Positions 9,514 through 17,345 of a DNA stretch of 64,000 bases are shown one piece after another (the stretch's first letter is position 1; each line of letters begins with the position of its first letter). The notes below the pieces were generated by a model. It did not search any database and was not told the origin of the DNA. It worked only from the letters and a program-made list of their open reading frames with translations. The translations under genes and the position numbers were made by a program. The stretch covers positions 23,967-87,966 of the forward strand of contig JAZNKS010000050.1 of assembly GCA_045578725.1 (NCBI GenBank), written 5' to 3'. The stretch is from Candidatus Flemingiibacterium sp. (GTDB lineage Bacteria; Bacillota; Clostridia; Oscillospirales; CAG-272).

Positions 9514-10104
9514 ATGGCACTGGTACCAATGGTTGTGGAGCAGACCGTTCGCGGCGAGCGCTCCTACGATATTTACTCCCGTCTTCTGAATGACCGCATC
9601 GTCTTTTTAGCCGATGAAGTCAATGATACAACCGCATCTCTTGTCGTTGCCCAGCTGCTTTTCCTGGAAGCGCAGGATCCCGACAAGGACATCAGCCTGT
9701 ATATCAACAGCCCCGGCGGATCCATTTCGGCCGGCATGGCAATCTATGACACGATGAATTTCATCAAGTGCGATGTTTCCACGATCTGCATCGGCATGGC
9801 CGCAAGTATGGGTGCCTTCCTGCTGGCCGCCGGCGCCAAGGGCAAGCGTCTTGCACTCCCCAACAGCGAGATCATGATCCATCAGCCCCTTCTCGGCGGT
9901 CTGCAGGGTCAGGCCTCCGACATCAAGATCCACGCCGATCACATCATCCGTATCCGCGAGCGCATGAACACCATTCTTGCCGAGCGCACCGGCCAGACGG
10001 TTGAGCAGATCGAAAAGGATACCAACCGGGACAACTTTCTCACCGCCGATCAGGCCTGTGCATACGGACTGATCGACAAGGTCATCACCAAGAGAGAACA
10101 CTGA
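9514..10104 (+). CDS. clpP: ATP-dependent Clp protease proteolytic subunit
   Basis: [26 protein letters not shown] (catalytic Ser) and MIHQP (His). Confidence 0.97.
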   Translation: MALVPMVVEQTVRGERSYDIYSRLLNDRIVFLADEVNDTTASLVVAQLLFLEAQDPDKDISLYINSPGGSISAGMAIYDTMNFIKCDVSTICIGMAASMGAFLLAAGAKGKRLALPNSEIMIHQPLLGGLQGQASDIKIHADHIIRIRERMNTILAERTGQTVEQIEKDTNRDNFLTADQACAYGLIDKVITKREH

Positions 10105-10123
10105 TTGCGGGACTGTTACAATT

Positions 10124-11437
10124 ATGCCGAACAACTCCAAGAATAAAAACAACAATCTGAAGTGCTGCTCCTTCTGCGGCCGCGACGAAACCCAGGTTGA
10201 ATTTCTCATTCCCTCGCCGACCGGCGTGACCATCTGCGACAACTGCATCGAGGCCTGCAACCAGATCATCTACGATCATGAGCAGATGATGCAGGAAACC
10301 GAGGAGCTTTCGCTGGAAACCCTCCCGAAGCCCCAGGAAATCAAGGCCATGCTCGATGAATATGTCATCGGACAGGATGCCGCCAAGAAGGTTCTGGCTG
10401 TATCGGTCTACAATCACTACAAGCGCATCCTCGGCATCGCCAAGCCGGCCCAGCGCCGCGGCCGCCGCATGGCCGCCAAGACAGAAAAGCCGGCCGACGA
10501 TGTGGAAATCCAGAAGAGCAACGTTCTTCTCATCGGCTCCACCGGTGTCGGCAAGACTTATCTTGCCCAGACGCTGGCCAAAGCGCTGAAGGTTCCCTTC
10601 GCCATCGCCGATGCCACCACGCTGACCGAAGCCGGTTATGTGGGCGAGGATGTGGAAAATATCCTGCTCCGTCTGATTCAGGCCGCCGATTTCGATATCG
10701 AGCGCGCCGAAAAGGGCATCATCTATATCGATGAAATCGACAAGATCTCCCGCAAGAGCGAAAACCGCTCGATCACCCGCGACGTTTCCGGCGAGGGCGT
10801 TCAGCAGGCTCTTTTGAAGATCCTTGAGGGCACGGTGTCCAACGTTCCTCCGCAGGGCGGCCGCAAGCATCCGAATCAGGAGTTCATCCAGATCAACACG
10901 GAGAACATCCTCTTCATCTGCGGCGGCGCCTTTGATAAGCTGGAGGATCTGATTGCCGAGCGCAAGGGAAGCACTATGGTCGGCTTCCAGAGCGACATCA
11001 AGGGCAAGGAAGAAAAGCTGAAGGCCGGCGTTTACCGCGATGTAACACCGCACGATATCGTCAAATACGGTCTGATTCCCGAGCTGGTCGGCCGTCTGCC
11101 GGTCATCGTTGCGCTGGACGGTCTGGATGAAGCCGCGCTGACACGGATTCTCACCGAGCCGAAGAACGCGCTGGTCAAGCAGTACACCAAGCTGGTCGGC
11201 ATGGACGGTGCCGTCCTCGAATTTGAGGAGGATGCCGTCAAAGCCATCGCACGTCTGGCGATCGAACGCAATACCGGTGCCCGTGGTCTGCGCGCGATCA
11301 TCGAGGATATCATGACCGATATCATGTACGATATCCCCTCCCGCACAGATGTCAAAAAGGTAATCATCACCGAGGCCGCGGTCAAAAAGCAGGCACAGCC
11401 GCTTTATGTCACCGACGCGCCCGCAATCAACGCATAA
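10124..11437 (+). CDS. clpX: ATP-dependent Clp protease ATP-binding subunit ClpX
   Basis: N-terminal zinc ribbon CSFCG...CDNC, Walker A GSTGVGKT and Walker [10 protein letters not shown]. Confidence 0.97.
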   Translation: MPNNSKNKNNNLKCCSFCGRDETQVEFLIPSPTGVTICDNCIEACNQIIYDHEQMMQETEELSLETLPKPQEIKAMLDEYVIGQDAAKKVLAVSVYNHYKRILGIAKPAQRRGRRMAAKTEKPADDVEIQKSNVLLIGSTGVGKTYLAQTLAKALKVPFAIADATTLTEAGYVGEDVENILLRLIQAADFDIERAEKGIIYIDEIDKISRKSENRSITRDVSGEGVQQALLKILEGTVSNVPPQGGRKHPNQEFIQINTENILFICGGAFDKLEDLIAERKGSTMVGFQSDIKGKEEKLKAGVYRDVTPHDIVKYGLIPELVGRLPVIVALDGLDEAALTRILTEPKNALVKQYTKLVGMDGAVLEFEEDAVKAIARLAIERNTGARGLRAIIEDIMTDIMYDIPSRTDVKKVIITEAAVKKQAQPLYVTDAPAINA

Positions 11438-11446
11438 AACCGATCC

Positions 11447-11487
11447 CGCAGGAATTGCCGCCCGGTAATTCCTGCGTTCGGATTTTT
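11447..11487 (+). terminator. rho-independent terminator after clpX
   Basis: Stem CGCAGGAATT / AATTCCTGCG followed by TTCGGATTTTT. Confidence 0.6.
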
Positions 11488-11513
11488 GCCCATCCGGGCG
11501 GAGGAACATGAAT

Positions 11514-11969
11514 ATGGCAAAAACGGAAATCACCAATATGGTTATGCTCCACGATCCCGCCACCGATGAAGTGGTGGTCATTGATCGGCTTCGCTCCTGG
11601 TGCGGCATCGCCTTCCCCGGCGGCCATCTGGAGGACGGCGAGAGCATTTATGACAGCGCGGTCCGCGAAATCCGCGAGGAAACCGGCCTGACGGTCGGCT
11701 CGCTGATCCCCTGCGGCTTTGTTCATTGGTTCAACAACCAAACCGGCGACCGCTATTTTACTTATTTCTTCAAGACCTCCGATTTTTCCGGGACGATGAT
11801 CGACGGAACCGAGGAAGGACGGGTCTTCCGCGTACCGCTTTCCAAGCTTCCGTCCATGAATCTATCGTCCAATATGGAAAACTATCTGCCGATGTTCACC
11901 GAGGGCCGGTATTCGGAGCTGTTCTGCTCCTGGAATGAAGAAGAATACGGGCCGCTCTGCTACCGCTGA
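11514..11969 (+). CDS. NUDIX hydrolase
   Basis: Nudix box GGHLEDGESIYDSAVREIREETGL. The ATG at 11514 has better spacing from GGAGG than the one at 11508. Confidence 0.82.
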   Translation: MAKTEITNMVMLHDPATDEVVVIDRLRSWCGIAFPGGHLEDGESIYDSAVREIREETGLTVGSLIPCGFVHWFNNQTGDRYFTYFFKTSDFSGTMIDGTEEGRVFRVPLSKLPSMNLSSNMENYLPMFTEGRYSELFCSWNEEEYGPLCYR

Positions 11970-12006
11970 AGGACGCACAACAATCTGTGAAAGGACGGTT
12001 TTGCCG

Positions 12007-12387
12007 ATGGGACACAAGCTTGCTGTTGGCTGTCTGACAGTCTTTCTGATTCTGGCCGCCCTCGCTGCCATCTTTTCCGGCTTGTTGGTTTACGCATCCG
12101 AATACAGGGTGACGGAAATCGACCGCGAAGCCTCACCGGGCGGGCAGTACATCGCCGTATTTCAGATGATCGGCGAGCCGAAATGGCCCTTCGGACCGGT
12201 CAAGGGCCGCGTGATTATCCGCCGCGCGGACGGACAGACCATCTCCAAAGAAACACATACGATCTTTAATGACGGTGCCGGCTTACATGAGAGCGGCTGG
12301 ACGCTCGAATGGCGGGCTGATTCCGTAAAGATTACGCTGAATGGCGGCGAATCCGAGGACATCGTATACAGCGTTCCGCTGAAATAG
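12007..12387 (+). CDS. hypothetical membrane-anchored protein
   Basis: The ATG at 12007 is followed by one hydrophobic helix (LAVGCLTVFLILAALAAIFSGLLVY) and a small soluble domain. I recognise no motif. Confidence 0.45.
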   Translation: MGHKLAVGCLTVFLILAALAAIFSGLLVYASEYRVTEIDREASPGGQYIAVFQMIGEPKWPFGPVKGRVIIRRADGQTISKETHTIFNDGAGLHESGWTLEWRADSVKITLNGGESEDIVYSVPLK

Positions 12388-12394
12388 CAAAAAA

Positions 12395-12423
12395 AGAGCA
12401 TCACCTGCGTGATGCTCTTTTTG
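12395..12423. terminator. bidirectional rho-independent terminator between convergent genes
   Basis: AGAGCATCAC-CTGC-GTGATGCTCT flanked by an A-run upstream and a T-run downstream. Confidence 0.65.
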
Positions 12424-12433
12424 ATTTATGCAA

Positions 12434-14506
12434 TTACTGTGCGGCCTTTGCTTCGTCGATGATCTTCTGAGCCACGTTGGAGGGAACCTCTTCGTAGCGC
12501 TCATAATAGAAGGTGAAGGATCCGCGGCCCTGCGTGGAGGCACGGAGCGCGATCGGATAGTCCATCATTTCAGCCTTCGGAACCTCAGCCTGAACAACGG
12601 TATAGCCCTTCTTTTCGTGGGAAGCTTCCATACCGAGCACACGTCCGCGGCGCTTATTCAGATCGCCGATTACGTCGCCAACCATATTGTCGGGAACGAG
12701 GCAGTTCAGCGTACCGATCGGCTCAAGCAGAACCGGTGCAGCCTTCGGAATACCATCCTTGTATGCGAGGCTTGCGGCCATCTTGAAGGACATTTCCGAG
12801 GAGTCAACATCGTGATACGAGCCATCGTACAGATTGGCGGACAGCTTAACCATGGGATAACCGGCCAGAACGCCCTTCTGCATAGCTTCCTGCAGGCCCT
12901 TTTCAACGGCCGGGAAGAAGCCCTTCGGTACGGCACCGCCGACAACGCTCTCGGTGAAGGTCAGACCGTCCGCTTCGCCGGGGCCGAACTTAATACGTAC
13001 ATGACCGTACTGACCGTGACCGCCGGACTGCTTCTTATGCTTGCCTTCCGCTTCGACCGTCTTCTTGATGGTTTCGCGGTAAGCGATCTTCGGCTTTTCC
13101 AGAACAACCGAGGTGCCGAAGCGGTTCTTCAGCTTGGCAACCACAACGTCCAGATGCATATCGCCGATACCCGACAGCAGGAGCTGTGCGGTTTCCGCGT
13201 TGTTCTCGTAACGGATGGTCAGATCCTCTTCCAGCAGCTTGGTGATGCCGGAGGAAATCTTATCTTCGTCGCCCTTGGCCTGCGGCTTGATGGCCTGCGT
13301 CATGAAGGGCTCGGGGAATTCAATACCCTTGTAACGGATATCCTCGGCGGATGCGGTCAGCGTATCGCCGGTATTGACGGCGTTCAGCTTGGCGGTCATA
13401 CCGATATCGCCGCAGCAGAGTGCTTCGACTTCGGTCTGCTTCTTGCCGCGGATGGTGTAGATGTGCGCCATCTTTTCAACACTTCCGTTGGCGGTGTTGC
13501 GCAGGGTCATATCGCGCTTCAGCTCACCGTTCAGAACCTTGAAGAAGGACATCTTGCCGACGAACGGGTCTGCAACGGTCTTAAAGACCAGCAGGGAGGT
13601 TTCGCCCTCGGGATCGATTTCCTTTTCATCCTCGCCGTCCGGCGTCACAATAATCTCGGTCTTGCGGGCGGTCGGACGCGGGAAGGAGTTCGCAATGGCA
13701 TCCATAACAGCGGTAACGCCCCACATCTTGGTGGCGGAGCCACAGAATACCGGCACGATTTCGCCGTTGATGATGCCGTCATGAACGGCATTCATGGCTT
13801 CGTTGTAGGTGATCGGCTCTTCGTTGAAGAACTTATCCATCAGATCGTCGCTGGTCTGCGCGATCGATTCATAGAGCATATTGCGGTAATCGTAGGCGAT
13901 TTCCTTGAATTCCTCCGGAATCTCAGAAACCATGTTGGAGCCGGTCTTATCATAGACCTCGGCCTTCATATCGATCAGGTTCAAAAAGCCGATAACCTTG
14001 TCGCCCTCGATCATCGGGATGAGCAGCGGGCAGACGGTGACACCAAACTTATCGCGCAGAGCATCGAATACCTTCTTGAAACGGGCTTCGCCGTCGTCAA
14101 AGCGGTTGATGAAGAAGGCCTTCGGAATGCCTTCCTTTTCAGCATAGTCCCAGGCAAGCTCCGTGCCGACCTCAACGCCGCTGCGGCCGTCAACAACGAT
14201 CAGGGCGCTGTCGGCAACACGGACTCCCTCCAGCACTTCACCCGAGAAATCGAGGTAGCCGGGGGTATCGAGAATGTTGATCTTGCTGTCCTGCCATGCC
14301 AGCGGTGCAACCGTGGTGGAAAGCGAGAAGCCGCGCTTGATTTCTTCGGCGTCATAGTCGCTTACGGTATTTCCCTCAGGAGTTTTGCCGAGACGATCGG
14401 TTGCTTTAGAAAGATACAGCATCGCCTCACAAAGAGAGGTTTTACCGCTTCCTCCGTGTCCCATCAGGCATACGTTGCGGATACTTTTGGTGTTGATCTT
14501 GTCCAT
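12434..14506 (-). CDS. elongation factor G family GTPase (EF-G paralogue, divergent P-loop)
   Basis: 690 aa. G1 motif GHGGSGKTS, then DTPGY and five-domain EF-G-like length. The C-terminal domain IV/V pattern is present. Confidence 0.88.
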   Translation of the reverse strand: MDKINTKSIRNVCLMGHGGSGKTSLCEAMLYLSKATDRLGKTPEGNTVSDYDAEEIKRGFSLSTTVAPLAWQDSKINILDTPGYLDFSGEVLEGVRVADSALIVVDGRSGVEVGTELAWDYAEKEGIPKAFFINRFDDGEARFKKVFDALRDKFGVTVCPLLIPMIEGDKVIGFLNLIDMKAEVYDKTGSNMVSEIPEEFKEIAYDYRNMLYESIAQTSDDLMDKFFNEEPITYNEAMNAVHDGIINGEIVPVFCGSATKMWGVTAVMDAIANSFPRPTARKTEIIVTPDGEDEKEIDPEGETSLLVFKTVADPFVGKMSFFKVLNGELKRDMTLRNTANGSVEKMAHIYTIRGKKQTEVEALCCGDIGMTAKLNAVNTGDTLTASAEDIRYKGIEFPEPFMTQAIKPQAKGDEDKISSGITKLLEEDLTIRYENNAETAQLLLSGIGDMHLDVVVAKLKNRFGTSVVLEKPKIAYRETIKKTVEAEGKHKKQSGGHGQYGHVRIKFGPGEADGLTFTESVVGGAVPKGFFPAVEKGLQEAMQKGVLAGYPMVKLSANLYDGSYHDVDSSEMSFKMAASLAYKDGIPKAAPVLLEPIGTLNCLVPDNMVGDVIGDLNKRRGRVLGMEASHEKKGYTVVQAEVPKAEMMDYPIALRASTQGRGSFTFYYERYEEVPSNVAQKIIDEAKAAQ

Positions 14507-14632
14507 TGTAGTGTTCTCCTTTTCTTGTATAATAGGGAATGACCGTCCTTGGTAGGATCAGGGCCATATAAATGCGAATCAGAATTGGCAATCGGCGGGG
14601 ATGCAGATCATTCAACATCTGATCTCTTTTTT

Positions 14633-14661
14633 ATTATACAATAAATAAAAGGATTTTGCAA
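14633..14661 (-). promoter_or_regulatory. sigmaA-type promoter for the EF-G paralogue
   Basis: The minus strand reads TTGCAA, 17 nt, TATAAT. It leaves a leader of about 120 nt. Confidence 0.5.
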
Positions 14662-14733
14662 GGGTTTTCGGACAAAAATCCTTTGGCGCAGGTGTAGAAA
14701 ATGCGCTGATAATTTTGTGCAGGGTGCACAAAA

Positions 14734-15693
14734 TTATTCAAAAAAACGCCCCTGCCAAGTTTTACGATCGTAGAATATGCGATCAACGGCATTCATCACC
14801 GTCAGCTTTTTCCGGCTCCAGAGGGGAGCAACCAGCGCCGATCCCATCCCATCTCCGGTCACCCGGCCGATCACTGTGCGGGGCGGCATCCGCTCCAGCT
14901 GGCGGACCACCAGACCGGCATATTCCTCAAGCTCCATGCACCGCACGCCGCCGGCGCGGTACTCCTCACAGAGCCGCGTGCCCTCGATGACATGGAGCAG
15001 ATGGAGCTTGAGCTGATCGGGACGGAGGGCGGCCGCCCCGATGGCATTTTCCATCATATCCGCATCCGTTTCGCCGGGGAGGCCGTTGATCAGATGGATG
15101 GCTATTGCTATCTTCTCCGATGCCGCCCGCAGCCGGCGATAGCCGTCCAGAAACTGCGCATAGGTGTGTCCGCGGTTGATGCGGCGGGCTGTATCATCGT
15201 GGACAGTCTGAAGCCCCAGCTCCACCGTGAGAAAGGTCCGTTCGGCCAGCTCGGCCAGAAGCTCGCAGACATCCCCGGGCAGACAGTCGGCCCGGGTGGC
15301 GATGCTCAGCCCGACAATTCCGGGAAAGGCGAGCGCTTCTTCAAATTTCGTCCGGAGCACCGATACCGGCGCATATGTGTTGGTGAAGGCCTGAAAATAG
15401 GCGATTCCCAGCGAATCGGCCCATTTTTCGGACATAACGGCCCGCATCTGTTCCAGCTGTGCCCGCACCGGAAGAGAGCGGTCGGCGCAGAAATCACCGG
15501 ATCCGCGTGCCGAGCAGTAGGTACAGCCGCCGGTGCCGCAGGTTCCGTCCCGGTTGGGGCAGGTGAAGCCGCCATCGATGGGCAGCTTGGCGCATTTTCG
15601 GCCGAATTTCTGCCGCATGAAATAATCGTAGGTATAATAGCGCTTATTGGAATCGCTGTAAGGAAAGGGATTGGTATCCGCCTGCTTTGTCAT
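14734..15693 (-). CDS. radical SAM protein, TIGR01212 (YhcC-like) family
   Basis: CPNRDGTCGTGGCTYCS cluster motif in the TIGR01212 arrangement. The ATG at 15693 is preceded by AGGAGG. The upstream track start at 15723 lies inside a terminator hairpin. Confidence 0.85.
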   Translation of the reverse strand: MTKQADTNPFPYSDSNKRYYTYDYFMRQKFGRKCAKLPIDGGFTCPNRDGTCGTGGCTYCSARGSGDFCADRSLPVRAQLEQMRAVMSEKWADSLGIAYFQAFTNTYAPVSVLRTKFEEALAFPGIVGLSIATRADCLPGDVCELLAELAERTFLTVELGLQTVHDDTARRINRGHTYAQFLDGYRRLRAASEKIAIAIHLINGLPGETDADMMENAIGAAALRPDQLKLHLLHVIEGTRLCEEYRAGGVRCMELEEYAGLVVRQLERMPPRTVIGRVTGDGMGSALVAPLWSRKKLTVMNAVDRIFYDRKTWQGRFFE

Positions 15694-15706
15694 TGCGGCC
15701 TCCTGT

Positions 15707-15739
15707 AAAAAAGAACCGCGCATCCGTCGGATGCGCGGT
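15707..15739 (-). terminator. rho-independent terminator immediately 3' of tRNA-Gly
   Basis: Minus strand: ACCGCGCATCC / GGATGCGCGGT stem followed by TTCTTTTTT. Confidence 0.65.
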
Positions 15740-15744
15740 CAAAT

Positions 15745-15818
<74 letters not shown>

Positions 15819-15835
15819 TTATTTGGTACTTTTAT

Positions 15836-15864
15836 ATTATAGCACATGACATGGGATTTGTCAA
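15836..15864 (-). promoter_or_regulatory. consensus sigmaA promoter driving tRNA-Gly
   Basis: The minus strand reads TTGACA, 17 nt, TATAAT (perfect consensus). Confidence 0.65.
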
Positions 15865-15893
15865 GAGCTTTGCGCAATTTTTTCTGCGTCATC

Positions 15894-15922
15894 TTGACAA
15901 GCGTTTCGTTCTGTGCTATAAT
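15894..15922 (+). promoter_or_regulatory. consensus sigmaA promoter driving the GNAT gene
   Basis: TTGACA (15894-15899), 17 nt, TATAAT (15917-15922). Confidence 0.65.
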
Positions 15923-15947
15923 GAAAAAAACTTCTGTGAGGTATGTC

Positions 15948-16481
15948 ATGTCAAATCAGCCCCAGCTCCGCCTTCTGAATCTGGATCTTTCTGCCCTTCC
16001 CGAGCTGATCCTTCCCGAAGGGGTCACCCTCCATAGCGAGCGAGAGGATTCACCGGAGGCCTGGTCCAGGATCATAGACGAGTCCTTCGGCTGTTCCTTC
16101 GACTATCAGAAAACCATCCGTGAAAGCCTCGGCTACCGGCCCGAAGGCGTGCTCTTTCTCTCCCTTGACGGACGGGATGTGGCCACCACCACCGCCGTCG
16201 AGCACCGGGATTTTCCGGGATACGGGTGGATTCACATGGTCGGTATTCACAGCGAGGCACGAGGCCGGGGACTGGCCCGCCCGATGGTTCTGGCCGCTAT
16301 GTGGGAGCTGAAGCGCCGCGGCTTCACAAAAGTCGGTCTGACCACCGATGATTTCCGGATTCCTGCCATCCGCACCTATCTGGGTCTGGGCTTTAAGCCG
16401 CATATGTATCATTCCAGCCATCCCGAGCGCTGGAGGGCTGTTTTTGAGCAGATTGATGCGATGAAATCCGGCCGCATCTGA
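15948..16481 (+). CDS. GNAT family N-acetyltransferase
   Basis: Acetyl-CoA motif A RGRGLARPMVLAAMWELKRRGF. The ATG at 15948 follows GAGG. Confidence 0.75.
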   Translation: MSNQPQLRLLNLDLSALPELILPEGVTLHSEREDSPEAWSRIIDESFGCSFDYQKTIRESLGYRPEGVLFLSLDGRDVATTTAVEHRDFPGYGWIHMVGIHSEARGRGLARPMVLAAMWELKRRGFTKVGLTTDDFRIPAIRTYLGLGFKPHMYHSSHPERWRAVFEQIDAMKSGRI

Positions 16482-16488
16482 ATATCTC

Positions 16489-16519
16489 CCGATCCGGCAC
16501 CTCCGGATCGGTTTTGTTT
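16489..16519 (+). terminator. rho-independent terminator after the GNAT gene
   Basis: CCGATCCGG-CACCT-CCGGATCGG followed by TTTTGTTT. Confidence 0.65.
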
Positions 16520-16628
16520 ACAGGGCAAACTGTTATTTTACCAAAAGGACACATTTTTGAAACGATTTATAAACACCGGTTTGCTATACTGTATGGTATT
16601 GAAATTTTTATGATTGAAGGACACGCGA

Positions 16629-17339
16629 ATGAACAATCCCGAATTCGTACACTTTGAAAACGTATGTAAATTTTATAAAACCGGCGATCACACCGTTGCC
16701 GCCGCCGATCATGTCAGCTTTGACATCGGCGAGGGTGAATTTGTTGTCATCGTCGGTCCCAGCGGTGCCGGCAAGACCACCATTCTGAATATGCTCGGCG
16801 GTATGGATACCTGTGATGAAGGCATCATCCGGCTCGGCGGACGTGATATCAGCGGCTTCAATGCCCGCCAGCTGACCAAATACCGTCGGCTGGATGTGGG
16901 CTTTGTCTTCCAGTTTTACAATCTCGTCCAGAACCTGACCGCACTGGAAAATGTGGAAATTGCAGCCGAGCTGTGCGATGAGCCGCTGGATGCGGCCGAA
17001 ACGCTCCGCTCGGTAGGACTCGGTGATCGGATGAACAACTTCCCCGCCCAGCTTTCCGGCGGTGAACAGCAGCGCGTATCCATCGCCCGTGCGCTGGCCA
17101 AGAATCCGCAGATTCTGCTCTGCGACGAGCCGACCGGCGCGCTGGACTACAACACCGGCAAGGCCGTCCTCGGCCTGCTCTGGGATACCTGCCGCTCCTG
17201 TGGCAAAACGGTCATTGTCATTACCCACAACAGCGCCCTCTGCAAAATGGCCGACCGGGTCATCCGCATCAAAAACGGCGGCGTGCAGGCCATCGAGATC
17301 AACGAAAATCCCGTTCCGGCCGCAGAAATCGAGTGGTAA
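16629..17339 (+). CDS. ABC transporter ATP-binding protein (MacB/LolD/FtsE-like)
   Basis: Walker [10 protein letters not shown], signature LSGGEQQR and Walker B LLCDEPT. Confidence 0.92.
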   Translation: MNNPEFVHFENVCKFYKTGDHTVAAADHVSFDIGEGEFVVIVGPSGAGKTTILNMLGGMDTCDEGIIRLGGRDISGFNARQLTKYRRLDVGFVFQFYNLVQNLTALENVEIAAELCDEPLDAAETLRSVGLGDRMNNFPAQLSGGEQQRVSIARALAKNPQILLCDEPTGALDYNTGKAVLGLLWDTCRSCGKTVIVITHNSALCKMADRVIRIKNGGVQAIEINENPVPAAEIEW

Positions 17340-17345
17340 GCACCG

